NCBI GenBank assembly: GCA_965655095.1
Contig: OZ296652.1
Span: forward strand, 116,622,001-116,686,000
DNA length: 64,000 nucleotides
Direction: 5' to 3'
From: Haplodiscus bocki
Taxonomy: Eukaryota
The notes below the pieces were generated by a model. That model saw only the letters and a program-made list of their open reading frames with translations, searched no databases and had not been told where the DNA came from. The translations under genes and the position numbers were made by a program. The first letter of the stretch is position 1; each line of letters opens with the position of its first letter. This document shows, piece by piece, positions 1-13,600 of this stretch.

Positions 1-1694
1 TTTTACTCTGTGGATTTTGACAAAAGCTGCCTGCGCTGTAGTTTGAACGACACTGTGTTACCGAAGAAATTTTTTACAAACTTAACGAGGCTTACCAATT
101 TTGTGTCAATTCTGCCGAGTCAACCTTGGCTTTGATGCTAGTTGACGTCTTTAACCGTCCAAGGAAAAAGAATGAGCTGTGAACAGGCAGCTGATATTTT
201 CATTTCTCAGTGGCTCGACGATTTCACGAAAAATCTAGTGGAGAAATTCTGCTTTTCACTTTTCGAACAGGATGACAGGGAGTTTAATGCTCGTTTCACT
301 ACAAGAAAGTCTCTCGCAGAGGCATTCAAGCTCACGAGGGAACCCAGAGGCCTTCTGTAAACATTTAAGCAGAAGCTTTTTTAGTTTTCTATATTTAATT
401 TTTAAGAACTTTGCCAAAGAAACAATACAGCTCCTCTCTTGAGTTTGATTGTCATTGTAATCCGACAGTTCTTCTGGATAGGTTTTGTTGTTTGTTAAAA
501 AGTTGAGAAGCAAACTTTTTGATTTTCAATCTACACATTTTCTGTTTAAGCGGAGGTTTGTACCAAAAACATTGCTGCATGATTTCGTTTTCTATTTTTT
601 TTGTTTGTTTGCAGAGGAGTGTATTTGTTGCTGTTGACACAAAAATTAATAACATGAGCTGGTTGAGCAGTGTAACATGAATGAAAACTCAAGGGAAGCG
701 TGAAACAAAGTCAGATGTTCCGGGCTTGCGTGGTAATCCGCATGGAAAATAACACCTGATGCTGACGAAACTAGCCATGATAAGTGGTGGGTTATTACGA
801 AAGTTCAAAGTCCTTATTCGAGTGGTGTGAAGACTAAGGAGAACTCCTTAACATGCCTTGGTCTTCGGTTCTTCAAATCCGACTATGAAATCGGTCGTTG
901 GTACTGTCAAAACTATTTTTCTTCCAAACGCGAAAAATTGACTTGTTTTGCCACGCTATTGGGCTTTGGAATCAATCCGCGACTGAAGCTTCCGGAATAA
1001 ATATCCGTTATTCCCATGACTTTGGGAGAACATAAGAAGATGCACTGAATGATGGGGTTAAAGGAGGCTGAAGACAAGAAGTAGAGTCTCCTGGGACATC
1101 CTCTTCTAGCAAAAAGAAAGTCGCAGGTAAGAAACTTGTGACAAAAGCGCCTCCCAATACAACGAAAGCTAATGCAAGCCCCCAAAACAAAAAAAAAATG
1201 TGGAAACACGACTCTAATGAACAAAGACGAAGGTGCAAGCACCAGTAAAGAAGAAATTAATCAGCCCTCCAACATTGTCAAAATCGAGTTGCATCCATCT
1301 AGCACTCAAGAAAGAAACGGTGAACGTGGAGTAAGTGTCTGGAGTCCATGTAGATTAATGTATGCACATTTGCGGCACATACAATGACGACGTTGATAAC
1401 GTTCTTCTCCAATAAAGACTGCCTACATACAGTTATTTACTCAGCACTTTCATGTTTACATTGGTAACTTCTTTTGATTCATTGTCAAAAAGTTTTTGAT
1501 TCTTATCTTTTTAAAGGTCCTGTTGGAGTAGTGGTTGCACCGTTGACTGATTGCAGTCAAAAACACGTTAGTATGGCGGTGGCTCGAATCATGCTGGTGT
1601 CAGCAGATTCACGTACTTGGAATAGATAGTACTGTGATTGTTAATGTTTTCAACTACTTGCTTCGTCAAGAGGCCCAAGGGAGACTGTAACCTT

Positions 1695-4600
1695 GGTAGG
1701 TAGGTGATTCCGTAGGTTGATAATTTGATAGGTAGGTGGGGATGATATTTAGGTAGGTTAGTTGGTAGGTAGGAATGTAGGTAAGTTGATAAAAAGGTAG
1801 GGATGTAGGTGCTTAGGTAGGTAGGTAGGTAGGTGATTTGGCAGTTTGGTAGGTACGTAGCTCTTTAAGTAGGAAGGTAGTGTAGTAGATAAGAAAGTCG
1901 GTTGGTCGATTTTTCGGTACGCTAGTAGGTAAACATTTTTTTAGATAAGTAGGTGGATAAGTAGTTAGTTGGGCAGGTACGTAGATAGGTAGGTAGTTAA
2001 CAAAGTAGGTAAGTAGGTATGTAGGTAGGTAGGAACTTGTTTTGTAGGTAGAGAGGTTGCTGGGTAGAAACTTAGATAAGTGGCTATGTTGGTAGGTAAG
2101 TATAATATTAAGTAGGTAGGTTGTTTTGCAGGGAGGTTCGTAAATAGGTACGAAGATAGGTAAATAGGTGTGTAGGTAGGTAGCTACTAAAGTAGGTAGT
2201 TTCGTAGCTTGGTACAAAAGTTGGTAGCTACATATGTAGGTAGGTAGCTATGTAGGTGGGTAGGTAGGTACTTAGCTAAATTAATAGGTCGATTGGGAGG
2301 TAGGTTGGAAATTAGTTGGGTAGGTATGTAGGTAGGTAGGTTAGTAGATTGGTAGGTAGGTAGGTAGGTAGGAAGGTAGGTGGGTTGGTAGGAAGGTAGG
2401 TGGGAAGATAGGTAGGTAGGTAGGTAGCAAGGTAGGTAGGTACGTAGGTAGGTTGTTAGGTTGGTAGGTAAGAAGGTAGGTTGATACTTAGATAGGTAGG
2501 AAGGTAGCCAATTAGGTGTGTATGAAAGTATGTAGGTGGGTAGGTAAATAAATAGGTAGGTTGATTGATAGGTGGATAGTTTGGTAGACAGATAAATCAG
2601 TAGGTAGGTAGGTAGACAAGTAGTTAGAAAGGAATGTATGTAAGTTGGTACGTAGGTAGGTAGGTAGGTTGATTAGTAGCTTGGAGATGCTAGCTAGACA
2701 GATGGCTGAGTAGGTAAATAGGTACTTAGTAAATTACGTGAAAAGTTGGTAGACATGTAGAGAAGTAGGTAGGTAAATTGGTAAGGAATTAGCTAGGTAT
2801 TCAGGTAGGTAGGTTTGTAGGTAAGTACTTAGTTAAGTAGTTGAAAAAGTTGGTATCTAAGTAGGTAAGTTGGTAGTAAGGTAAGTGTGTAGGCAGGTAG
2901 ATATGTACGTAGGTATGTAGGTAGGTGTGAAGGAATTTAGGTAAACAAGTAGTGAAATAGATTACTAGGTCGGTACGTACGTCGGTAGGAATGATAGGTA
3001 GGTGAGTAGGTAGGTAATTAGGTATGTAGGTAGGTAGGTTTGGAGACAGATTGGTAGGTAGATAGACAGTGTGTCAGTTACGTAGGCAAAAGTGTAGACA
3101 GGTAGGTAAGTAGGTAGGTATGTATTTTGGTCGGAAGGTAATTATGTAAGTAGTTTGATACTTTGGTAGGTACGTTGGTAAATTGGTAGGTGGGTTGGTA
3201 GGTAGGTATGTAGGTAGGTATATTGGTTACTAGGTAGGTGGGTAGGGAGATAGGTAGGTAAGTAGGCAGGTAGCTAGCGGGGTAGGTAGGTAGATAGATA
3301 GGTAGGTTGGTAGTTCGTAAGGTGGTTTCTTAGGCAAGTAGGTAGGTTAGTAGGTGAGTAGGTGTTTTAACAGGCAGATAGGTGGTTTTTTCGTGGGTAG
3401 GTTGCCTGGGAAAGTACTTTGATACCTAGGAAGGCAGGTAGAAAGGTAAGTAATTTGGTATGTAGGTAGGTAGATATGCACTTTGGTGTGAAGATATACA
3501 GGTTGGTAGGTATACAGGTAGGTAAGAAGGTATCTTGTTAGGTAGGTAGGTTGGTTATGATGTAGGTAGGACTATAGATAAAAATTTAGGTAGATAGGTA
3601 CCTAAGCAGGTAGATACGTAAGTAGGTTGGTAGGTGCGTAGGTAATTAGGTACGCAGGTCAGTAGGAAGGTAGGTAAATCGGTATGTAGGTAGGATTGTA
3701 AGTATGTAGGTAAGTAGGTGTGTAGGTAGACAGGTAGGTTGGTAACTAGGTAGGTGGGTTGGTAGGTAGGTAGGTAGGTAGCTAGCTAGGTAGGTAGGTA
3801 GTTATGTTGGCAGATAGGTGGGCAGGTAGACAGTCAGGTAGGTAGGTAGGTAAGTAGCTAGTTAGGTAGGAAAGTAGGTAGGTAGGTACTTATGTAAGTA
3901 TGTAGATTGGTTGATAGGTAGGTAGATACTTAGATAGGTGGATAGGTAGGTCGGTAGTTAGGTTGAAATTTAGGTAGGTGAAAATGTTGGTAGGCAGCTA
4001 AAGAGTTTTGTATGTAGGTAGGCAGGTACTTAGGTAAATAGGTTGGAACTTTAGTGGCTGGGTAGGTGATTAGTTATGTAGAAAGGTAGGTTGGTAGTTT
4101 GGTAGGTATCTATATAGTTTGTTAAGTAAGTATGTAGGTTGGCAAAAAAGTAAGTATTTTAGTAGGCAGGTAGGTAGACATGTTGGTAGGTATGTTGATA
4201 CCTAGGTCAGAGGTTGGGTCGGTAGTCAGGTAGATAGATAGGAACGCAGGTAAGTAGGTATGTATGTAGGTAGGTAACTAGGTGTGTAGGTATACGGGTT
4301 GTTATTTAAATACGTAGGTAAGTTAGTAAATAGGTAGGCAATTTGGTAGGTGTCTGAGTTGGTAGCTTGGTTGAAAAGGTAGACATGTAGGTATAAAAGT
4401 AGGTAGGATGTTATTTTAGTAGGTAGGTAGTTTCGTTGGCAGGTAAGTAGATACGTACGTAGGTACTAAGGGAAGTCAATAGGCACGTTATTAGGTAGGT
4501 AGGTAAATAGGTAGGTAGATAGGTAGATTGGTAGCTTGGTAGGTAACTAGATTTTTCGTTAGATAGGTAGGAAGGTTTGTAGTGGGTTTGATTGGTAGGT

Positions 4601-7600
4601 TGGTTGATACCTAGGCAGGTGGATATGTAGGTAGATAGGTGGGTAGGAAGGAAGGTAAGTCGGTGTGTAAGTAGGTAAGTAGGTAGATAGTTAAATGGGG
4701 AAATATGTACGTAGGTTTGTTTATAGGCTTTTAGGTACGCAAGTAGATGGGTAGCTAGATAGGCAGGTTGTTAGGTAGGTTGGTAGGTAGGTAGGTTACA
4801 ACGTAGGAAGGTAGGCAAGTCGCTTTATGAGTAGATAGGTAGCTAGGAATGTAGGAATAAAGGTAAGTAGGTAAATAGTTAGTTAGATAGATATTTAGGT
4901 AAGTAGATAGGTAGGCAGGTTATTAGGTAGGTTTGTAGGTAAGTAGGCATTCAGGTAGACGTGTCTGTCAGTAGGTAGTTTGGTAGGTAAAAAAATGTTA
5001 TGTTAGGTATATGGGAAGATAGGTAGGTCGGTTAACTCGTAAGTAGGTAGTGGGTAGGTAGTTATATAGGTATATAGGTAGGTAGGTAGGTAAGTTGGTA
5101 GGTGGTAGGTAGCTATCCAGGAAGGTACTTAGGTGTCTAGGTATACAGGGTGGATGGTATTTACGTAAAAAGGTAAGTAGTTATGTAGGTAGCTAGGTAG
5201 GTAAGTCTTTAAGTAGATGGGTTATTAGGTTAGTAGGAACGTCCGTAAGTAGATATGTAGGTAGGTAGGTTGGTAGGTAGGAAGGTAACAAGGTAACTAG
5301 TTGTGTAGGTTGCTAGGTAGTTTGTTAGGTACGTAGGTGTGTAGGTGTGTAGTAAGGTAGGTAGGTAGGTTTTCAGGTACGTAGGTTATTAGGTAGATAG
5401 GAACGTAGGTAAGTATATACGTAGGTAGGTAGAGAGGTACTAAGGTAAAATGGTAGGTAGGTTCCTAGGTAGAGAGGTAGGTTTGATGGTAGGTAGGGTG
5501 GTAAGTAGGTAGGTAGGTAGGTCCGTAGGTACAAATATTGATAGGTAGGTAATGTGGTATGTAAGTAGGTAAGCATGTAGCAAGCTAAGTGGGTACGTAG
5601 TTAGGTTGGGAGGTATGTAGGTAGGTAGGTAGGTAGGTAGGTAGGTAGGTAGGTAGGTAGGTAGGTAGGGAACTTAGTAAGTAGGTAGGTAATTAGAAAG
5701 TTAGGTAAGTTGGTGGTTAAGTAGGTATATAGGTAGGTAGGTAGGTGCGTATGTAAGTAGTTGATTAAGGTGTGGTAGGTTGGGACTTCAGTAGGTATGC
5801 AGTTAGGTAGGTTGGTAGGTAGTTAGTCTGGTTGTTAGTTACTTAGGTTGATATTTAAAAAGTTACATAAATAGGTAGGTACGAAGCTAGGTAAGTAGGT
5901 ATGTAAGTAGGTATGAAGGTAGTCTGTAATTAGCTAGGTTGGTTGATAGTTAGGTAGATACGTTGGTCGGTGGACAGGTAGGTAAGTAGGTTGGTGTGTA
6001 TGTAGGTAGGTAGGTAGATTGGTATGTTTGTAGTTGGGTAGCTTGCTAGGTACAAACGTTAGTAAATGAGTAAATATGTAGGTAGGTAGTTATGTAAGTA
6101 GGTAGGTAGGTCTTTTTAGAAGTAGGTCGGCTGGTTGGCCAGTTGGTTGTTTTGTAAGTAGGTAGATACGGAAGGTAGATACGGTTGGAAGGTACGTTGG
6201 TCAAAAGGTCGGTAGCTAAGGAGGTATTTATGTGTGTAGGTAGGTAGGTAGGTACTTAGTTATGCAGGTAGATGGAAAAGCAGGTAGATAGGTAAATAGG
6301 AACTTGGGTAGGAGGGTAGGTAGTTAGTTAGTTAGGAAGTTAAGTAGGAAGGTAGGTTAGTAGGTATACAAGTAGGTGGGAACGTAGTTATGTAATTTGG
6401 TATGCAAATAAGTGTGTAGGTACCTAAAAAGTAGGTACTGAAGTAATTGTGTAGGCCGGTAGGTAAAAAGATAAGTTAGTAAGTAGGGATGTATGTAAGT
6501 AGGTGTCCAGGTAGAAGATAGGTAGCTAGGTAGTTAGGTTGGGACATAGGTTGTTATGTACGTTTGTATGTAGGTAAGTAGGTAGCCAAGGAGTTTTATA
6601 GGTAGGTAGGCAGCTACTTGGGTAAGCAGGTAGGTAGAATGGTAGGTTGATAGGTAAGTAGATAGTTACTTAGTTCAGTTACTAGTTAAGTAGGAAAGTA
6701 GGTTGCTGGGTATGTAGATAGGTAGATTGGTAAGTACGTACGTAGGTAGGTGGGTAAGTAGGTAACTAGGTATGAAGGTAGATAGATAAGTACTTACGTA
6801 AGTAGTTAGGTAGGTAGTTAAGTAGGTAGGTTTGTAGGTAGGTATGCAGTTAAGTAAGATGGAAGGAAGATAGGTTGGTCACTAAATGAGTTAGTAAGTA
6901 AATAGAAAGTTTGTTAATAAGTAGCAAGGATGGTAGGTCGGTCAACTGGTAGGTAGGTTGATAAGTAGACAGGTGGATAGCTACGTAGGTAGCAGAAAGT
7001 AAGGTAGGTAAGTAGTTGTATAGGTAGAGAGTTCGTTAAGTAGGTAGGTATGTAGGTAGGCAGGTATGTATTTGGGTAAGTAGTTAGATAGGTAGGTAGG
7101 TAGGTCGGTGGGTAGTTAGGTACACAGATAGTTAGGGAGGTATGCTGGTATGTAGATGGGAAATGGGATATCATGCAAAAGGTAGGTAGATAGGTAGGGA
7201 AATAGTTAGATAAAGAAGTAAGTAGCAAGTTAGTTGAGTGTTTGTTTAGGTAGGTAGTTAAGTATTTAGGTAAGTAGGTAGGTAGTTTGGCAGTCTGTTA
7301 GGTGGGTAGGTAATTAGGTAGGTAGGGAGGTAGAGAGTTAGCTAGGAAGGTAGGCAGATTGTCAGCTACGTAGACAGGTAAATACAGGAAGGTTGCTAAA
7401 CGTGAATGTAGGTATGTTGGTAGCTCCTTAGGTAAGTATGTAGGTAGGCTGGTAGGTAGGTGGTTGGTAAGTTGATAAGTAGGTTGGTGCATAGGTTCTT
7501 AGGTATCTAGTTAGGGTGGTACGTTGGGATTTTAGTGGGTATGTAGGTAGGTTTTCAGGTAAGTAGGTAAGAAGGTAGCTAGGTCGATAGGTAGTTTGAA

Positions 7601-10600
7601 AGAAAGATGGGACAAGAGGTTGATCGGTAGGTAGCTTGGTAGTTATTAGGATTGTCAAAAGGTAGCATGCTAGGTAACTAGGTGTTTTTTTAGGTAAGTA
7701 GGTAGGTTGGTAGATAGGTAAGTTTGTTGGTAGGCAGCCTGATAGAATGTTTGCTACGTAGGCTGATACGTAGGCGATTGGATAAGTTGGTAAATAGGCA
7801 GGTAGGTAGGAAGGTAAATACGCTTGTATTTTGTTCGGTAGGTAGTTTAATAAGTATATACAGAAGTTGTTTGGTAGGTCGAGATGAGAAACTTTTTGTA
7901 GGTTTGTAGGTAGGTTTGTTGTTGGGTAGCTTAATAGGTAAGTAGGTGTGAGGGTTGGTAGATAGGTAGGTAGGCTGCAATTTACGTAGGTTATTAGGTA
8001 GTTAGGAAGGTAGATAAGTAGGTTTGCAGACAGGTTGGTAAGTACTTAGGAATATTGGTAGGTAGTTAGGTGCGTAGTTAAGTAGGTATGTAGATACGTA
8101 GGTAGGTAGGTAGGTATGTAGGTAGGTAGGTAGGTAGGTAGGTAGGTAGGCAGGTTGGTACGTACTTATGTATATGAATGTGCAAAGAGGTGTGTCTAGT
8201 TGGGTAGGTAGGTAGGTACTTAGGTAGGTAGGTAGGCAAGCTGGTAAGTGAGTAAATGGGTAGTTCTCAAGGTATGTAGGTAGATTGTTACGTAGGTAGT
8301 TCATTAGAAAGGTAGGAAGTTAGGTGAGTTGGTATGTAGGTTGTTAGGTAGATACTCAGATAACTAGGTAGGTAAGTAAGTAAGCGGGTTGGTAGTTAGA
8401 GATGTTGGTACCTAGGTAGGCAGGTTGGTAGGTACATAGGTAGGAAGTTGGCTAGGTAGGTATATAGGTAGCTAGATAATTACTTAAGAAGGTATATAGG
8501 TTGGTAGGTAAGTAGGTAATTAGGAACTTAGTTTATTAGGTATTAAACTAGATGACTAGGTCGGTAGGTACGGAAGTAAGTACGTAAAAAATTAGTAGTT
8601 AGTTAGGTGCGTAGGTAGCAAGTTAGATAGACAGGTTTGTTACGTAGGTGGATTGGTAGTTATGTTGATACGTAAGTGCGTAGGTAGACAATTTGCTCGG
8701 TAGGTAGGTAGGTACGTAGGTAGGTAGGTAGGTAGTTAGGTCTGTTGGTACGAAAAATGGTAGGAAGGTTGATGGAAGGTTGATAGGTGTGTATGTAGGT
8801 TCGTGGGCAAGTTTTTCGGTTGATAGATAGGCAGGTGGTTTAGTACGTAGCTGGGTAGTTTGGTAGATACGTAGGCAAGCAGGTGGGTACGTAGGCAGGT
8901 ATGTAGGTAGATAGGTAGGTAGGTAAGTATGTAGGAAGGTATGTGGGTAACTAAGTAGGCTGGTAGGAACTTAAAAAAATAGGTTTGTAGGTAAGTAGTT
9001 AGATATTTACTTTAGTAGGTAGGAAGATCGGTTGGAAAGTACGAAGGTACGTAGATAGATAGGTATGTGCGTAGTTAGGTATAAATGTAGGTAGGTTGTT
9101 TTGGAAGTTTGCATGTAGGTTCATACTCATGTTTTTTGGTTGACAGTTAGGCAGGTGGATTGGTAAGTAGGTAGATAGGTTGGTAGGTACGTAGATAGGT
9201 AGGCAGGTAGAAAATTATGTAAAGACATTTTCAGGTAGGTATGTTAGTACGTACGTAGGAAGAAAGTTACGTAGGAAAGTAGTTAGGAAGGAAGGTAGGT
9301 AGGTGGTTAAGTAAGTATAAAGGTAAGTAGGTAGGTACTTAGGTAAGTAGTTAGTTAAGGTGGTAGGTTACGAGTTAAGCAGGCGTGGAGGTAAGTAGGT
9401 TGGTAGATGTTTGGTTAGTTGTTAGTCAGGTAGGTATTTGGAAAGCTTCATGGGTAGGTAGGTAGGAAGCTAGCTAAGTAAGTATGTAAGTAGTTAGGAA
9501 AGTACTTTTGTTAGTAGCTAGGTTGGTTGTTAGGTAGGTATATACGGTGGTAGTTAGATAGGTAGGTAGCATGTTAGGTATGTAATTAGGTAGGTAGTTT
9601 GGTAAGTTTGTAGGTAGGTAGCTTGGTAGGTTCGTACGTAGGTAGGTGCGTAAGTAGGTAGGTATGTAGCTAGGTACGTTGGTTGGTCGGTAGGTAGCTG
9701 AGGAGGTACTTAGATTTGTAGGTTGGTAGGTTGGTACTGAGGTAAGCAGGTAAGTAGATTAGTAAGTAGATAGGTAAGTAGTTAGTTAGTTAGGACGTTA
9801 AGTAGGTAGGTAGGTAGGTAGGTAGGTGGGTATCCACGTAGTTACCTTGGTAGGTACGTACGTAGGTAAGTGGTTAGGTAGGTGACTACATGTATAGGTA
9901 GAAAGGTAGTTACTTACGTAAATAGCTAGGTCGGTGGTTAAGTAGGTAAGTTTGTAGGTAGGTAGCAAATTAAGTAAGTAGGTAGGAAGATAGGTTGGGC
10001 GGTAGGTGACTTGTTTAGTACTAGATAGTCTGTTAGATTTTAGGAAAGGATGGTGGGTTGGTTAACTGGCAGGTAATTTGATAGGTAGGTAGGTAACTAG
10101 GTAAAAAGGTAGGTAGGTTGGTATATAGGTTGTTAGGTACTTAGGTAGGTAGGTATGTAGATAGGTAGGTATGTATGTACGTAGATTGTTACGTAGGTAG
10201 GTAGGTAAGTAGGTATGTAGGTAGGAAGTTTTGTACATAGTGAGTCGAGTTGATAGTTACTTAGTTTGTTAAATAAAAAGGTAGGTAGGTGGGAAGTTAA
10301 GTAAGTAGGTGTGTATCTAGGTAGTTGGTTACTTTTGGAAGTAAGTCTGTAGGTAGGTAGGTACTTAGGGAATGTGATAGCTAGGTAGGTAGGTCTTCAG
10401 GTAAAATAAAAGATAGATGGGACAGAAGGTTGGTCGGTATGTAGCTTGGTAGGTAGGTAGGTAATTAGGTTAGTCCGTACGTTGCTTGATACGTAAGTAA
10501 GTATTTCATTGGTTAAGTAGGTTTGTTGCTAGACAAGCTGGTAGGAAGTTTGCTTGGTAAGTTGATACGTAAGCAAGTGGATTAGTTGGTAAGTAGGAAG

Positions 10601-13600
10601 GTAAATAGGTTTGTATATTGTAAGGTAGATAGGTAATTAGGTAAATACAATGGTAGTTTGGTAGGTAAGTAGTAAAAAATGTATATATGTAGGTAGCTAG
10701 GTAGGTTGTTGGGTAGGTTGATAGGTGCGTGAGTAGGAAGCTCGCTAGATAGGTAGGTAGGTTGTGGCATAGATAGGATTAAATTTAGCTACGAAGGTCG
10801 GTAAGTAAGTTTGTAGTTAGGTTGGTTGGTACTTACGAACGTTGGTATGTAGTTAGGTACATAGGTAAGTAGGTAAGTAGATAGATAGGTATGTGAAGAG
10901 GTCGGAAGGTAGGTAAAAGTGTTTGTCTAAAGCTAAGTAGGTAAGTAGGTATGTAAGCAAGTAGATAGGTACTTTTGTTATTAGGTTGGTAAGTTGGTAT
11001 GTAGGTAGGTTAGTAGATAGGTAGGTCGGTATGTATGTAGGTAGGTAGGTAGGTTAGTAGGTAGGTTCGTTGGTCGGTAGGTCAGTCGGAAGGTGTGTTT
11101 AGAGCTAGGTAGGTAGGTACTTAGATAAGTACGTGGGAAGGTTGGTTGGTTGTTTGGTAGGTAGGTTGGAATAAATCTTGTTCGGTAGGTAGCTTATCAG
11201 CAAACAAAGTAGTTCGTTAGATTAGTAGGTAGGTTGGTAGGTAAGTAGATTTGTTGGTGTTCAGGTAGGTAGACAAATCGCTAGATTGGTTGATACGTTG
11301 GCAAGTGGGTAGGTAGGTAGGTTGTTAGGTAGGTAGGTATGTAGGTAGGTATGAAAGTATGTAGGTAAGTAGGTTGATAGGTAGGCAAGCAAGTTGGTAG
11401 GTAAGTAAATAGGTCCGTTGGTAAACAGGTAGGTAGATTGTGACTTATTACGTTAGTTGGAACGCTGGAAGGTAGGTAATAAGGTATGTAGGTAGGTAGG
11501 TAGGTACTTAGAGGGATAGATAGAAAGGTAGGTACATAGATAAGTATGTAATCACAAAGGTAGGTAAGTAGGTAATGGAGAAGAAAGGTAGGTAGGTGTG
11601 TAGTTAGGTAGGTACTTAGGTAGGCAGGTAGACAGATTAAGTAGGTGGGTGGTATTGAGGTTGATTCGTAAGTAAGTGAGTAGGCAATTGCTCAACAGGT
11701 ACGTAGGTGGGTAGGTAGGTAGTTAGGTATCTTGGTACGAAAATTGGTTTGAAAAAGGTAGGTTAGTATATAGTTTGGTAGAGGGTTTAAAGGTATGTAT
11801 ATAGATTCGTGAGCAGGTTTTCCGGTTGTTAGGTAGTCAGATGGTTTACTACCTGGCTGGGTAGGTTGGTAAGTACGCAGGCAGACAGGTGGATACGTAT
11901 ATAGTTACTTAGGTAAGTAGGTGGGTAAGTTGTTAGTTAGATGGGTAGTTAGTTAAATAGGTCGGTTGGCACGTAGGCAGGTAGTTAGATACGTGGGTAG
12001 TTAGGTATGTTTGGTAGGTAGGTAGGTAGGTATGTTGGTAGGTAAGTAGTTTGAAAGGTAGGTAGTTGGGTAGGTTTGTAGACAGTTAGGTAGTCAGGTA
12101 GGTAGGTTGGTTGTTAGTTAGCTAGGTTGGTTGTTATGTAGTATGGTAGGTAGTTAGGTCGAGTGGTAGGTACTCTGACAGTTAGGTAGTTGGGTAGGCA
12201 GCTAGGTTGCTGGGTGGGTAGTTATGTAGTAAGTCTGTCAGGTATGTTTGTATGTAGGTTCGCAGGTAGGTTTTTATGTTAAGAGGAAAACTTGTGGGTT
12301 AGTGTGGTATTATAGGACGGTAGGTAGGTAGGGAGGGAGTTAGTTAAGTAGGTGTATAGGTGAGGATATAGGTACTTAGGTAATTAAGTAGGTTCTTTGG
12401 TAGTTAGGAATCTAACTAGTCAGGTAGGTAGTTAGGTTTTCAGGTAGGTTGGGTGGAAGCTAGTTAGGTTGGTAACTAGTTTTGTAGGTAGGCCTGTAGC
12501 TAGTTTGGCAGGTAAGTAGGTTTGTAGTAGGTTTGTAGGTTGATAGCAAGGAAGGTTGGTGTATAGATGGCTTACGTTTTTTGTAGGTAAGCAAGTAGGT
12601 ACTATGCCAATTGCCAGGTAATTATGTACTTTGTTTTGATGGTAGTTAGGTTGCTAGCTAGTCATGTTTGCAGATAGGTAGATGGAAAGGGTGAATTGGT
12701 TGTTATTTAGGTAGATCTATACGTAGGTTGGTAGTTAAGTTTGCATGTAGGTTCATACGCAAGTTTTCTGGTTGAGAGGTAGGCAGGTAGATACGTAAGT
12801 AGGTAGGTACTAAACTTGATTGGAACTCAGGTAGGATGGTAAAATGGTCCGAAGGAACGTTCGTGGGTATATTTGTATGTAGGTTCGCCGCCACGTTTTT
12901 GGTTGATAGATACGCAAGTAGATTGGTACGTAGTTAGGTAGGATGGTAGCTAAGTAGGTTGGAAGGTGATAGAAAAGAATTTAGTTAGGTATATATGTAG
13001 GTATGTATGTAGGTAGGTAGGTACGAGAGCAAGTAGGTAGGTAAGTTGTTACGTAGGTTGCAGAGGTTGCTCGGTAGGTAGGTAGGTAGGTAGATAGGTA
13101 GGTAGGTAGGTTGGTAGGTAGGTTGGTACCTCGGTAGGTGGGTATGTAGGGTATGTAGATTGGTGGGAAGTTAGGCAGGTTGGTAGGTACATATGTAGGT
13201 AAGTAGGTAGGTAGTCAGATAGGTAGTACGTAGTTAAAAAAAGTAGGTAGTTAGGCGTTTAGGTAAGTATTTATGTAGGCATGTTGCTAGGTAGATAGAT
13301 AGGTAGCTTCCAAGGAGGGTGGGTAGGTAGGTAGGGAAGTAGGTAGGTAGGTACCTATGAAGGTAGGAACTTTACTAGGAGGTTTTGTAAGTTGGTGAAA
13401 ATGTGGGTAGGTAGGTGGGTATGTAGATAAATAGGTAGTTAGGTAGGTAAGTAGGTTGGTTGGTAGGTAGGTTGATATGTAGGTACGTTGATATGTAGGT
13501 AGGTTGATATGTAGGTAGGTAGGTTGGTAGGTATTTTGATAGGAAGGTATTAGGTTGGTATGTATATTGATAAGATGGTAGGTTGGTAGGTAGGTGGGTA

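Noticed and set aside
1525-1595. Possible tRNA-like element (gtagtggtt...ggctcgaatc with the hairpin ttgactg-attg-cagtcaa)
   Set aside because: The boxes are imperfect and no cloverleaf can be drawn; too weak to call.
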